DNA of 63,620 nt, counting the filler, from Rhabdomonas costata (Eukaryota): assembly GCA_019059605.1 (NCBI GenBank). It is 43 parts of 43 records of this genome, joined end to end, with 100 filler letters (N's around TTAATTAATTAA, not from the genome) between each part and the next. Parts side by side here need not be neighbours in the genome. Positions count along the whole stretch, not along the records: positions 13,340 to 14,721 come from JAHMHO010017595.1; positions 14,822 to 16,202 come from JAHMHO010017596.1; positions 16,303 to 17,687 come from JAHMHO010017597.1; positions 17,788 to 19,169 come from JAHMHO010017598.1; positions 19,270 to 20,651 come from JAHMHO010017599.1; positions 20,752 to 22,134 come from JAHMHO010017600.1; positions 22,235 to 23,616 come from JAHMHO010017601.1; positions 23,717 to 25,098 come from JAHMHO010017602.1; 35 more parts are not named here. The stretch is one strand, 5' to 3'. The position numbers were made by a program, and so were the translations under genes. Below the pieces are notes generated by a model. That model made no database searches and had not been told where the DNA came from. It worked only from the letters and a program-made list of their open reading frames with translations. Positions 13,340 to 25,454 of this stretch are shown in pieces (within the stretch, counting starts at the first letter, position 1; each line of letters starts with the position of its first letter).

Positions 13340-14208
13340 GTGGGTGTGGCGGCCCCACTGCCACAAGTCGTGGAGCAGGACCCCACCGGCCCGAAGGCCC
13401 CCACGCAGTCCATCCCTGTGCCGCAAACACAGACGGTAACCCCGCTGTTGCATATGTACACCCATGAAAGCCGACTCGGAAAATGCTTTGATGCACAAGC
13501 GGGGTCACAGATGAAAGCAAGCAGAAAGCATCTACAGTGGGGAAGCCTGGGGTTTCTGCGCACAAGGTAACTGACGCAAGAAGTAGGCCATGGAAGAGGG
13601 AACGGGAGGGGAGGGAGGGGTTCAGCACAGGGCAGCAAACGAAGCCATTGGATCTTTGAAGCGGATTTCCCAGCCGACCACGCACAATGATTGGCACACT
13701 GCCTCCTCGATTTTTGGTGGACCTGTTAGCAAAAGAAATGGGAAGGGGGAGGGAGGAAGTGATTCCAAGTGACGGATAAAGAAAGCAAAGCCCCATTATC
13801 CCAGCAGACACCGACAACCACTGCATACCAGGCACGGAGCCATTCCACACGTCGTTCGAGGGCACCAGCAGCCCCGAGCTCACCACCACCTTCCGCCCAG
13901 CTATGACGCAGGCCCCGCGAGTGGTGGGCGCAGGCCTGGCTGAGGTGGCGTTGCCTCCCCACACGATTCCGTCAAACGAGGCCCAGCCCTCCGTGTAGGG
14001 CATCCCGGCCACCGCGGCTGAAGCGCCAAACAGTACCCACAACCGGCTGGTGTAGCTCAGCAGGCAGGCTCCGCAGCGGGGACCGAACCCCGCGGCAGGG
14101 GTGAGCTGGCGCCAGGTCACTGTGTCGGAGCTGAACCAGACGTCGCTGAGGCACTCAGTGGCGGGGGACGGGGACGCGGTGAAGAGAAAGGAGGTCCTCA
14201 CCCCACCC
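13340..14208 (-). CDS. Extracellular protein: kelch-like beta-propeller repeats followed by a thrombospondin type 1-like repeat
   Basis: SDVWFSSDTVTWRQLT..AGFGPR / SFDGIVW / SNDVW repeats. The next exon (13415-13340) reads DCVGAFGPVGSCSTTCGSG. Confidence 0.6.
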
Positions 14209-15277
14209 GTCGGTTTTGGAGCTTTGAGAGGAACTCGTTGGGAACATCAACACGTTAGCATACATCGCTCTAATGAGCTCAACTGGAAAACCCACTGGAT
14301 ATCAGGACAGGGGGTCTGTGCGGCAGTACTTCAATCGGAGATCGGAGTACAGGTGGTTGGGAGCTGGATCCAACCTGGAATTGGAGGGGACATCGCCAGT
14401 AACTCAGCCAAAATGTTGTGCTGGTAAAATCCGCCAAAAGGGGATCGTCTGCCTAACTCCGCGTCGAGCCTAACGCTATTCACGTGTACTGAAACAAGCC
14501 TGGCCACGAAACCGAATTACCGGGACAACCTCGTTGATTTGTGACCTTCCTGACGGTTCCTTTTAGCGCAACCGGACTCTCAGCGCCCAAAATCGCGCGT
14601 GGGGAAGAGGCCCCTCTCCCCAATGCAAACCCCCCGACCACCCACAGCCCACTGATCGTGGCCGCACTGCTGTGGTAAAACCGGGGCCCAAACCCCGCGC
14701 TGCCTGTGGCCTGGCACCAACNNNNNNNNNNNNNNNNNNNNNNNNNNNNNNNNNNNNNNNNNNNNTTAATTAATTAANNNNNNNNNNNNNNNNNNNNNNN
14801 NNNNNNNNNNNNNNNNNNNNNTGTGTTTGCATACAATATGTTTAAACGTTTTCACTATCGTGAAAACGTTTAAACATATTGTATGCATACACACCAGCCT
14901 AGCGGCAATTTATAGCGTTCCCAGGACTTCAATTGGAAACTCGTAACATACTAAATTCTGAGTTTCGGGATGTAACTTACCTTATGTAATGCAGGCAAAC
15001 ACCAGGAGTGTGGTGGCAAGGTGCGCGGAGACAAACGTCATATCGAGGGATGGTGTCAAACACAATTTGCAAGCCGATATATCACGATCACGTCGAGCAT
15101 CGGCTTGGAATCATCAAGGAGATAAAACTGCACTATTTCACTGCTGTTCCCCACAACTCTCCACCTCCCTTTGGTGGCAGTGCTGCCGCGATACCATGAT
15201 CCTTACTCACGGACTGACTGACAACTGAAGTTTCCAAAGGAAACAAAATCCAGGGAAGTCTTCGGATTCCAATCACC

Positions 15278-15845
15278 TCGAGGTGGAGTTGACGTGTTAC
15301 GAGCTGCCTTTTGATGTCCTTCAAGGCCTCAGTCTCCTGGAAGGCGCGGGCCAGCTGAGCCTCCAGGTCCTTGGTGTGCTCCTTCTGGACATTCAGCTCT
15401 TGAGTGAGCTTCCCAATCTGCAGGGCAAAACACCCCATTGCCGCAATGTACTAACACAAACGGGGACAACAGCTTTTGCCTCACCTGTTGAGTTGAGAGA
15501 ACCAAAAGTGTTCGTTGCGAGTGCATGCCAGGAAACCCATCTCATGCGGACAATCGCGAGGATTATGGATTATGGATTATGATTCCGTTGCGGTGACGAC
15601 AAAGAGCTTCAGAAAAGGGACAGGACAAAAGCTCAAGAATCTGGGTAAAGGCACCCAGCAACCGAACATTTACGATTGTATCAGGGGTCTCGAAACCAGA
15701 AGCTAAGTGCCACGTTTGCACAAAATCGGCAGAAAACGGGGGCATCTAACGAGGCAGCGCCTGGACAGCCTACCTCGGTACGGATCCGCTGCTCCGTCTT
15801 CACCACCATCTTCCACGAAGCAAAGCACTTCTCCTTGTAAACGTC
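15278..15845 (-). CDS. Coiled-coil protein, two exons
   Basis: DVYKEKCFASWKMVVKTEQRIRTE|IGKLTQELNVQKEHTKDLEAQLARAFQETEALKDIKRQL with GT-AG ends. Confidence 0.6.
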
Positions 15846-17787
15846 CTGCCCACAAATACACAACAAAGAACAGGCCCCTGCTATTGAGGCCCTGTCAATA
15901 CAGCGAGTTGTTGTATGCGCGGTGTCACACAGTTTTGACAGGTTTACGATCGGGAGCGAAAACACACGCGGGAACCAACTCGGCGTGGATGTGGGGCTGG
16001 CTCGCGTTATAGAATCGAAAGCAACGTATCCAAGCAGTTGCGATTCGAACCTACCCACAACCGCCGAAACGCCAGCTCTGGGTTCCTAGCGTAAACAATC
16101 AAAACATTCCAAACATTCCATTGGAAGAATGGCAAGAGTTCCAAAATTTCCGAAAGGTAACCTTGACCGACATCTAGAGCTTCGACCCTTAACAACCCCC
16201 CCNNNNNNNNNNNNNNNNNNNNNNNNNNNNNNNNNNNNNNNNNNNNTTAATTAATTAANNNNNNNNNNNNNNNNNNNNNNNNNNNNNNNNNNNNNNNNNN
16301 NNCTATCTGTGGACGTGTGAGGTACGGTGAGGGTATGCGTATAGGAGGACTGATGGCTGTGAAGGTGGACGCACTGGAAGGGTATCGTGAGAATCTGAGC
16401 GTATGCAGGACACGTATGTAGCATCAAGCGGTGTGCTGAGTCTCATGCGGATAGAGGCGAGTCACTTCAGCAACCCCTCCGTAGGGCTATGCACCCGTGA
16501 CCTCTATCGCTCGTTCATTGCGTGAGGGTAACACTTACGGTGGCTACACTAGTATCTCGCGTAGTGGGTTGGGGATTTGTCAGTACCCAGCAATCCGACT
16601 GTGGTAGAAGTAGCGAGCTATCACAGAGGCAGCACGTCACCTGAGGAGTGGTACGTTGACATGGCCAGCAGACCGGTAGAACCGTGGAGTATGCGTATAC
16701 GTAGCCTTCACATAGTATACTTAAGGTTGGTCGGTGTAACGTTGCCATACGTGGGGTAGAGCTGAGGTTGTAACCGTACCGTAGTGTATGGCTATGCGAT
16801 CATCAGCCCCACACCAAAGGCATCCAAGCGTTGGGTAACAGGCCACCACTGGTGAGTACGGAATCCCAACCGAGGGGTAAAGCGAACCTACGTGCAGTAA
16901 GATCCTGACAACCTACTACGGTACGAGATGCCATGATGCAGGAGGAATGTCGATGCCACCATGCCACCACTCCACTCCACAGCAGGGATGTCGGAGCTAC
17001 GGTGTTAGCAACGTGTACATACGCCACATGTCCTACCCATCGTTGAGCCATCCTCGCGTAGGAACCACCGGGTCAGAGTGGAAAGGGTGACGTAGGCGTA
17101 CGACATCAGTGAGAGTCTAACCCTGCGTAATGGTGGTCGCCACAACCGATACCGACCCACCCAACTCAACCTAATCAACCCATCCAGCGTGATAGGAAGA
17201 GGCAAGAGGGAGCGTAAGAGTGAAGGCTGAAGGGATGAAGGCATAAAGGTGTAGGCATCCTAAGGCTACGCGTAACCCAGCATCAGCGTAAAGGCCCCGC
17301 AGGGACAGAACCGCGATGCCAAGCTGAGGACATGACACCTATGCATCCACCAACCCTACACCCAACATCCATCCTTCCACCCTACGCCTCAACCACCGAC
17401 TCAACCCTCCACGCAACCTCAATGCCAACATCCCACCACTGACCTTACGCACACAGAAGATGCCAACCACCCACTCCAACGCAAGGATGAATGCCAGGTT
17501 GCATGCCAGGATGAATGCCAAGAGGAATGCCAACCCTACTTCCACGCACAGAGGATGGATGATGCCGTGCCCAGATGCCTAGACCCATGCCAGAATGCCT
17601 AAACCCAACCTGAGGGTAAGCGTAAGGGATGAGTTCTGCGTGGCTTCGCCAAGGACGGACCGACACGTAGCGCCTTATGGCGTGGAGNNNNNNNNNNNNN
17701 NNNNNNNNNNNNNNNNNNNNNNNNNNNNNNNTTAATTAATTAANNNNNNNNNNNNNNNNNNNNNNNNNNNNNNNNNNNNNNNNNNNN

Positions 17788-19077
17788 GTCAAGCTGGGGG
17801 ATTTCGGCCGCAGCGGCCACGCGGGGAAGCTTCACGACGTGTCCAGAGGTTTCTCTCCGTCTCTTCAGGGCGGGGCGCCGCAGGGTTGTTGGCAGGGTTG
17901 TGCGCGTTCCCAGTCCGATGCATTTTTTGTGGTGGTGCGGGGGGTGTTAACATTGTTAAACGGTGTTTTGCGACACTGGAAGACCTTACTGTATTAAACT
18001 CCTGATGCCGTGCGGTATGGTGGGAACAGCGGTGTTGCACTTCTGAAATACAGTTGCTGCGAAACATGCAAGAATGCCTTTGAACAGAGCTAACAAATTT
18101 ATCCCTCGTGAAACCGTCAAAATTCAAGTTGGTTTGTCTACAATTCGTCGACTGCCTTGAGTGTCCGTTGAGACCTTCTATGGTATATAATTACTGATTC
18201 CCACTGAATTTTTTTTCACCCATTCAGTGCCTTGCTTCCGTGCCACCGGCAAAAAGAGATCACTGGACTCCGATCTTTCGGAGGCTCTCCCAGTGGACAA
18301 AGTCCTTCCTGTCAACCCCCACCCCGCAGATCCCCTCCGGCATGTCGAGTTCTCCGCTCCAGAGCTCTTCGAGGAGCCCCCCCACGAGGACGACCCCAGG
18401 AGCGACATTTTCTCCTTCGGCATGTGCGTCGTGGAGATGGCCACAGGCGAGCAGCCCTACTCGGAGTGCGGTGGGGACAAGGACCTGATTCGCTCCAAGA
18501 TTGTTAAGGCATGTGTGAGGCTCATGGGGCCCCTTCCCCGCGCGCACTGGGTGAGGGGGGGGGGGGCAGGAATGATTTTCTAATTTGCGGTCGGGATAAT
18601 TGATATCACCGCTGCTAACGGTACCTGAAGAACATGTTACCGCTCAACGTCAATTGTCAATTGCACAACGTCCCGGTGCCTTCGCAGTCGCTGTTGCCTA
18701 GTTTTCTGGCTGAACGTTATTTGCGTGAGTGGTACTGGGACCCTGCCTTCTACCATGAACTCCATGAACTCCGTACATTCCGAACCTACCGTAAAAGTGT
18801 TGACGGATCAGTAAAAATATTGGATCAATGAATCAGCGTCGAAGTTGAACCATTTTTTTGTTTGATGATCCATTTCTGTTCTTCCCGCTGCGCTCGAAAT
18901 GGGAGGAGGGGTGGGGTTGCGCAGGGCGAGGAACCAGTGGTACTGTCCACGCTAAGCGCAGCAGACTACACCACCAATGGCACCTCGGTGAGGGAGTTTG
19001 TCTTGGCCAGCCTAAGACCTCTGGAGCAGCGGCCAACGGCAGCTGAGCTCCTGCACCATGCTTTCATACAACTCTCG
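17788..19077 (+). CDS. WNK/NRBP-like protein kinase C-lobe, exons 17788-17848, 18330-18508, 18925-19077
   Basis: VKLGDFG...[10 protein letters not shown]...[23 protein letters not shown] (WNK hallmark PYSEC)...[12 protein letters not shown]. Confidence 0.85.
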
Positions 19078-20069
19078 GTGCCAACCCCCCCCTTCCCTCC
19101 AGAAAGAAATTCCCGAAAAATCCTTCTGCGCCTATCGTGTTTTCAAGCAATCCGTGAGCAACCCGTGATNNNNNNNNNNNNNNNNNNNNNNNNNNNNNNN
19201 NNNNNNNNNNNNNTTAATTAATTAANNNNNNNNNNNNNNNNNNNNNNNNNNNNNNNNNNNNNNNNNNNNGTTTTTGATGCCAAAGCGGGGAGGCGGTTTT
19301 GGTAGCCCGGGCGAGACGATCCATCTGGCTTGTCATTGCCGATGACCGAATTTAGCAGTTTTCAGTTGAAAACGTTGAACACTGAATGCAAAATGTTTAC
19401 TGGGTGTTGTTTGGGGGTTTCCCCGCTGGTGGAGAGGACGTCGCGGCAGCGGGGCTGGGGCCGGAGGACAGAAGAGGAGGGCGCGGAGGCGGTGGCAGCC
19501 GCAGCGGCGATCGTACGAGCTTGAGGTAGACCCCCGAGGAGTAGCTGCAGCTGCCCGAGCAGCCGCGAGGGTTGGTCTACGGCCACCGAGACGGCGGGGT
19601 GTCTAGAGAGGCTAAAGAGCAGCAGCAACACGTAAAGCGGAGCAGAACGAAGAAAGCGAAGGGCTTGGTTGCCTCTTGCTTCTTGAGAAATGTTATGGCG
19701 GAGGGAGAAGGAGAAGCTCGGTTCGAACAGTATGTCCGGTTCGTCATATTCATCCCTCTACCCTTTCCGATCCAATTAATGTCAGTTGACCTCCACTGAT
19801 GAAAGCTGACTGGGGCTGAAGCAAAGTTAATGAGATTGCTTTACTGGCAGAATACCTGGAACATGGGTATTTCACGCTTTTCCAACCAAGACAAATGAGA
19901 AAAATGAGGTATCCCCACAGATATTTTTTTGGGGTTGCACACCTTTTGCTTGCAAGAGCCTGGCTGCACTGCGAGCTCACTATGGCAACTGCGAAGAAGA
20001 GGTCAACCTCCCCAGAGGAGGCAGTGGTGGCGAGACTGAAGCCAGGCTGGGGGGTGGGGGTCACTCCCC

Positions 20070-20517
20070 ACTTCCCATGCAGCGCGGCAAAGAGGTGCTC
20101 GTACGCGGCCTGCCTCTGGGTCACCCGGGCAAGGTTGACGTGCTGCTCGGCACCCCACGCGGCCTGCAAAAAGAATGTTAGGGGGTATAAATTAGTGAGC
20201 GACCCTAACATCACCACGTACGGCTTTCCCTTCACCCAACTGACATGAAGCAACTCAAAGCACTTTTTCATTTCATTTCAGCACCCACCCAAAACAAAAT
20301 AATCGAGATACCCCCCCCCCCGATGCTTCCGGGGCCACGGAATTCTGTGCAGGTGGAGACAGATGGTGATGACACCTTGTACAACTTAGTCACCGGACAA
20401 GTTGCCAGCAGGCTGGGCAGCACCTCAACCGCGTCAGCGGTGGAGGCGGTAGCTATGGTGATCAGGGCGGCAGAGAGTCCCCCCGAAGGTGCCGCGGCCG
20501 ACAGGTTAGCAGCAGGC
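20070..20517 (-). CDS. Hypothetical protein exons (...AVEVLPSLLATCP|AAWGAEQHVNLARV...)
   Basis: GC-rich blocks with an in-phase GT-AG intron. No family recognised. Confidence 0.4.
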
Positions 20518-23500
20518 CCTGTCCAGAGAAGGAGAGGATCACAGAAGTTGGTCTCATCGCATTTGCACCGCTGAACACGTGAACAAATGCCCTCTTGAAT
20601 ACAGGCATACGGAAACGCATGTATGCTAAGCGCGAGCCAAGAAACAAAACCNNNNNNNNNNNNNNNNNNNNNNNNNNNNNNNNNNNNNNNNNNNNTTAAT
20701 TAATTAANNNNNNNNNNNNNNNNNNNNNNNNNNNNNNNNNNNNNNNNNNNNGTGTGGGTGTTGCCAGACGAAACTGAACTCTCTGATATCGACCTCTCGA
20801 CCGAGGGAGATCCATCCTCACCTGGGTTTGGCGCTCCCCTTGGCTCGTCGGGTCTTTGACTGCCACCTTCATCTTCACTCTCGTCTGGCAACATCCACAC
20901 GGGATCTAAAACTCGCGTCTCATAAGGGATAAGGTCGTAAGGTCGTCTGTAGTGGAAAAATGGATGTTAAAAGGCAGTGCCGGAGGGGATGAGGCGAGCG
21001 AAATAGGATATGAAGGAAAGCGGTTGACCACCGTTGCATGGCAGACATTTGAACCTGGCTCCAAAGCCACCGTTCGAAAAGATGGCATTGAAGTTATATT
21101 CAGGCATTGTGTGACGGCCCAGCCTTCTGCCTGGCCACAGCCTTCTGCCTGGCCACTTACCTGTCCAGTTAAGTTCACAGGACTGCGGATCCCGCTTGCG
21201 GCTTCCCGAACGCCTGTGACGCGCGTTGCGCTCTGCCGGGGCTTACTTTGGTATACACCAAGTGCCTGGCTTTGATTACACTCAGCCGTCTTTCGCGGCG
21301 CGGGGCGGGGTCCTTCGCGACTCCCGCTTTTCCTCAGTGACCTGGCGGTTGTGGTGCTTTCTCCTCCTTATGTGGTGGCGGAGCTACGAGGGTGCGAGGG
21401 CGCGCAAGCTTTAACTCCAAAACCCAACCCTCTTGGAAAATTGCCTGCGTGTGGGCTGCCATCCCGCTTGGAGGGTGTGCTTTCGAGTGCGTGATGCCTG
21501 TGGTGTGCTTTGGCTTCGCCCCTTCTAACAAACACGCGCACTTCAGGGTGTGTGTGTGTGCCATTTGGCCTTTCACAGCTTTCCGCTATTCCCGGCTTGT
21601 GCGTAGAAGCAATGTTAACACAGCAACAGCCAAACAGTACGAATCAAGGCAAGTCTATACAAACCCAGCACGGCTTATGATACACAGCTCCACAGCCCAA
21701 ACCTTCACAACACACCTTGCGCGGCACCCTACGATCTCAACTCCTACAACCAGAACCCCAAACAAATGCAAGAAAGAGGATTTTAAATACACCACACTTC
21801 AACCCATTGCGTTACGCAATTATCAAACTCCTACTCCAACACGTCAGGTCATAAAGCCACAAAACACTGGAAAAGCCCCTTTTGATTCTTCAACTCCATG
21901 GGGAAAGTCTTGAAGATTCAATTTGAAGTAATCTTCTTCAAAATCCGTGGCATCCTCTCCCATCACCACATCGTCCTCGTAATCATTCGAGCTTCTTGAA
22001 AATTATTTGCTCCACCGTGTTCTCCTCGTCAAACGCTTTCACTATAGTTCTTGTTCGAACGCAAATTCTTCCGCTTTCAACTTTCTGCTTGCGATTCGAT
22101 TCTTTTCCCCCAACACCCAAACTCACTCAACACANNNNNNNNNNNNNNNNNNNNNNNNNNNNNNNNNNNNNNNNNNNNTTAATTAATTAANNNNNNNNNN
22201 NNNNNNNNNNNNNNNNNNNNNNNNNNNNNNNNNNGGTTGTGTGGATTTCGCAAGAATAAGAAGTTGCTAAACAAGGGCAAGGAGGAGGGGGGCAAAATCT
22301 CCAAGCGGAAAGGACAGAAAGTAGCAGGGACACCGAAGTACTGGACATCTGTAACGTTCATTATCCAGGAGCTCCAAGAAGGAGTGTATGTGGGGGCGGG
22401 GGCGTAGATGAAGAAGTGAGTAAAGAGAGTAGAGAAGGGAACGAAGGTCGATTACTGCACTGAAAAAAGGAGGAGGTTTAGAAAGAGGGGGCGATGAAAG
22501 CCACAATTACTGAACTAATTTATCGCATTGGCAAAGAGCACGGAAGGCACCGCGCGGCACGGTACATGCGAAAGAAAATCTGTTTTTCTCTGACCACAGC
22601 CCCCCACCCACTCCCACACATCAACACCAGCAACAGCCTTCATATCTGCCTCCAAGGCAAGTCCTTCTCCACCCTGACAAGCACCAATAAAGCCAAGCCA
22701 CCATTGAAAAAAAAAGGGGGGGGGGTGCACAAGAGGAAAACGGTGATGCAGATGAGGTGGAGATGGAGGTACCGTGCAGAGGCTGAGGTTGATGGCAGAC
22801 GCAAACACACTGCTTTCCACTACCCACCTCATGGAGCTGACAGGAATCAGACTGGTGAAAAAGAAAAAGAAGATAAGTCATCAAGCCTTGGGAGAGATGC
22901 TGGTATTCTCGACGAGACGCATGAGGAGTAGTCCGGATCACGCTGTGACCAAATGGAAGAGTACGGACAAACGAGCTGAGACCACTGATTGGCCAAACCG
23001 CTGGCACACAATACGGAGAATACTAAGCGCTCAAAAGTGCATACTGAAGAGGGGTAGAAAGACGGATTGGCACGGAAACCGGACAAAGTTGAAAAGTAGA
23101 AAAAAAAAGCGGAGAAAAGCGGAGAAAAGAGGAGGAATATTTGCGCTTCGCAGCGACTGAAGAGAAGCAGAGTTGGATCCTCAAGGGACAATTTTTTGCA
23201 GTTTAGCTTGGATGCCCTTGGCCATGCCTTTGAGGCAGGGAACTATCCCTCCCCGACTGAGGAAAAAGTACGAAATGGGAGAAAACATCTGAAGCAAGCG
23301 GGCTCATCATGTTCTGTCATGCGCAGTAATGCCTGGAAAATAATGATTGTGAACTTATAACCTGGAATGTCAGATGTACAAAACAAGAACAAAAAATGAC
23401 CTAACACCATTCATAGTTTGCATGCACGAATGTCTGATTCCCAGGGGCTACGTTGCTTAGAGCCCCTTGCGGCTGGCACACGCCTACTCAGCTAATTTCA

Positions 23501-23716
23501 TTCTCAACCTTACGCGGATGTGAGCCCCGTTACTTTTCCTCTTCTCAACACCTTTTTGGTGCCATGGTTGACACTTCCCGTCACACAAAACCACACAAAT
23601 TATTCAACAAACACCCNNNNNNNNNNNNNNNNNNNNNNNNNNNNNNNNNNNNNNNNNNNNTTAATTAATTAANNNNNNNNNNNNNNNNNNNNNNNNNNNN
23701 NNNNNNNNNNNNNNNN

Positions 23717-23922
23717 GTTTGGGTCAGCGCCAGCGCCCGCCCGAACCCCGTGTCGCAGCCCGTGATGAACACCGGGCCGCGCTCCGTGCACCGCGACACG
23801 GGCAGCAGCAGCGCGCGCTTCGCCGGACGCAGCACACGGTACAGCTGCCGCAGCGCGGTGGTCACCAAAATTTGCGTCACTCGGTCGGCCCAGGCAAAGG
23901 CACGGGAGGCGAGGCTTGTCAT
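23717..23922 (-). CDS. Short-chain dehydrogenase/reductase (retinol/17beta-HSD/BDH-like), N-terminus
   Basis: ATG start and the Rossmann motif VFITGCDTGFGRALA. Truncated by the contig end. Confidence 0.85.
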
Positions 23923-24420
23923 TCTTGGGTTTGGGACGGTGATGGGAAGAGTGAAGAGGAAGAAGAGGAAGCAGATGCCCTAAAAGATCAAATGCGCGGG
24001 ATTATTAGACCGAAGTCGAGCATGTGCTGCGGAATTGCAGGTGGCCAAATAATAGGTACAGCAAGTCAACATCCAGTCCAAAGAAAAAGCGTCTCTTCGA
24101 GTTCATCTCGCTCGTCAGGAAAGCAAATGATAAATCAGCCAGTCGTCACATGACGGGGAACTGCCAACATCACAAGATTCTTCGCAAATGTTCGCAGTTG
24201 ACAACTTGTTCCACTCCCAGCTCAGTGAGAGGTCCCCATCAGATATTGCCCTGCCCACACAAGGCTGCCAACCTCCTTGAAATGTCGAATTGTTGCCCCA
24301 ACCGTCTCCCTGAATTTGCAAAGAAAAAAACGGGGAAGAAGCTCCTGCAAATACAGCCGAGTGCGGGCTCAGGGTAACCGGTCCCCCATCATTCCCGCGT
24401 TCCGGTAACGCCAGCGTGTG

Positions 24421-24689
24421 TCATTGTGGGTAGGCCGAGTCGCTTGGGTTCGATGGGGCGACAGAGGCGGGCTGCTGCTGCTGCTGCTGCTGCTGCTGCC
24501 CCATCATCCACTCAGCGTACAAGGGGTTGTCCTTGGACCGCTGCGCCACTGCTGTGATGTACTGGTCGAACACCTCGGCGGTCCACCCCAGGCCGCGGCG
24601 AACAGTGCGGCCGGAGGGCGTGAAGCCCCGCGCCCGTAAGCCCTGCACGAAGCCCTGGGTGTGGTGGAAGCCCCATGGCAGGGCCACCA
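24421..24689 (-). CDS. Terminal exon of a hypothetical protein with a polyQ tail (weakly TraB/GumN-like C-terminal motif)
   Basis: gcgcag|..VALPWGFHHTQGFVQGLRARGF...QQQQQQQQQ...stop. (CTG)n repeat at ~24472-24498. Confidence 0.5.
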
Positions 24690-25242
24690 CTGCGCAACAA
24701 GACAGAGAAGCCCAGAAGTGGCAAGGAGACACGCAGGCCACCTTTGTGTTATTGTCTGCTACTTGGGGTGCAGTGAAGGGTCAAAGGCTGAAAAAAAAAT
24801 GCACCCTTTCCCTGCAGGGAGACGGGAGGGGCAATCCTTGAGTTGAGGTGAGGTGTTCCTGGGCTCATCATACCGCCCAAATCGGCAAGATTAAAAGAAA
24901 TTATGGCGTCGTGATGCCCGGAAGAAACCTGGAAGGCAAAATAAAACCACGAATCCACCACTGTGACAATCACGGGATCTCTATGAAGATGTTAAGCCTG
25001 TCCCTGGAGGACGTGCACCGAGGCATGAATGTTGGGGTCATTTTCGCTTCAATTTTGACAATGATGAGAGACGTATCTTCATCACCACCCCCCCCAACNN
25101 NNNNNNNNNNNNNNNNNNNNNNNNNNNNNNNNNNNNNNNNNNTTAATTAATTAANNNNNNNNNNNNNNNNNNNNNNNNNNNNNNNNNNNNNNNNNNNNGG
25201 TTGTGTGTATGGTTCACCCTCCAAGGTTTTCGGTTGAAACAG

Positions 25243-25454
25243 TGTTGTTTGGAGGCGGGGTGTACCTGGCCGACCTCAGCAGCAAAGCCAACCTGTACAT
25301 GCCTTGCCCGACCTGCTTCAAGGGCTGCTACCGGGGTCCGATGCCCCAAAAGTGCACCTGCAAGGTCGCGCCTTTGAAGCCCTACCGAATGCTGCTCTGC
25401 AGGGCGCTTCGGATCAATAACATCCCGACGCCCTACAAGCCAACGGAGATGAAA
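25243..25454 (+). CDS. PARP-family ADP-ribosyltransferase catalytic domain exon (tankyrase-like)
   Basis: LFGGGVYLADLSSKANLY...C..C...CTC...RMLLCR parallels tankyrase MFGAGIYFAENSSKSNQY...RQLLFCR. AG and GTGAGA boundaries. Confidence 0.75.

Noticed and set aside
14822-14893. 34-bp hairpin with a 4-nt loop as a terminator or hairpin telomere
   Set aside because: At the contig start, with its only mismatch in the G/T primer zone. Only the inner core may be genomic.
16030-16110. GGTTCGAATC on the minus strand as a tRNA T-loop
   Set aside because: No T stem, acceptor stem or D arm can be formed.
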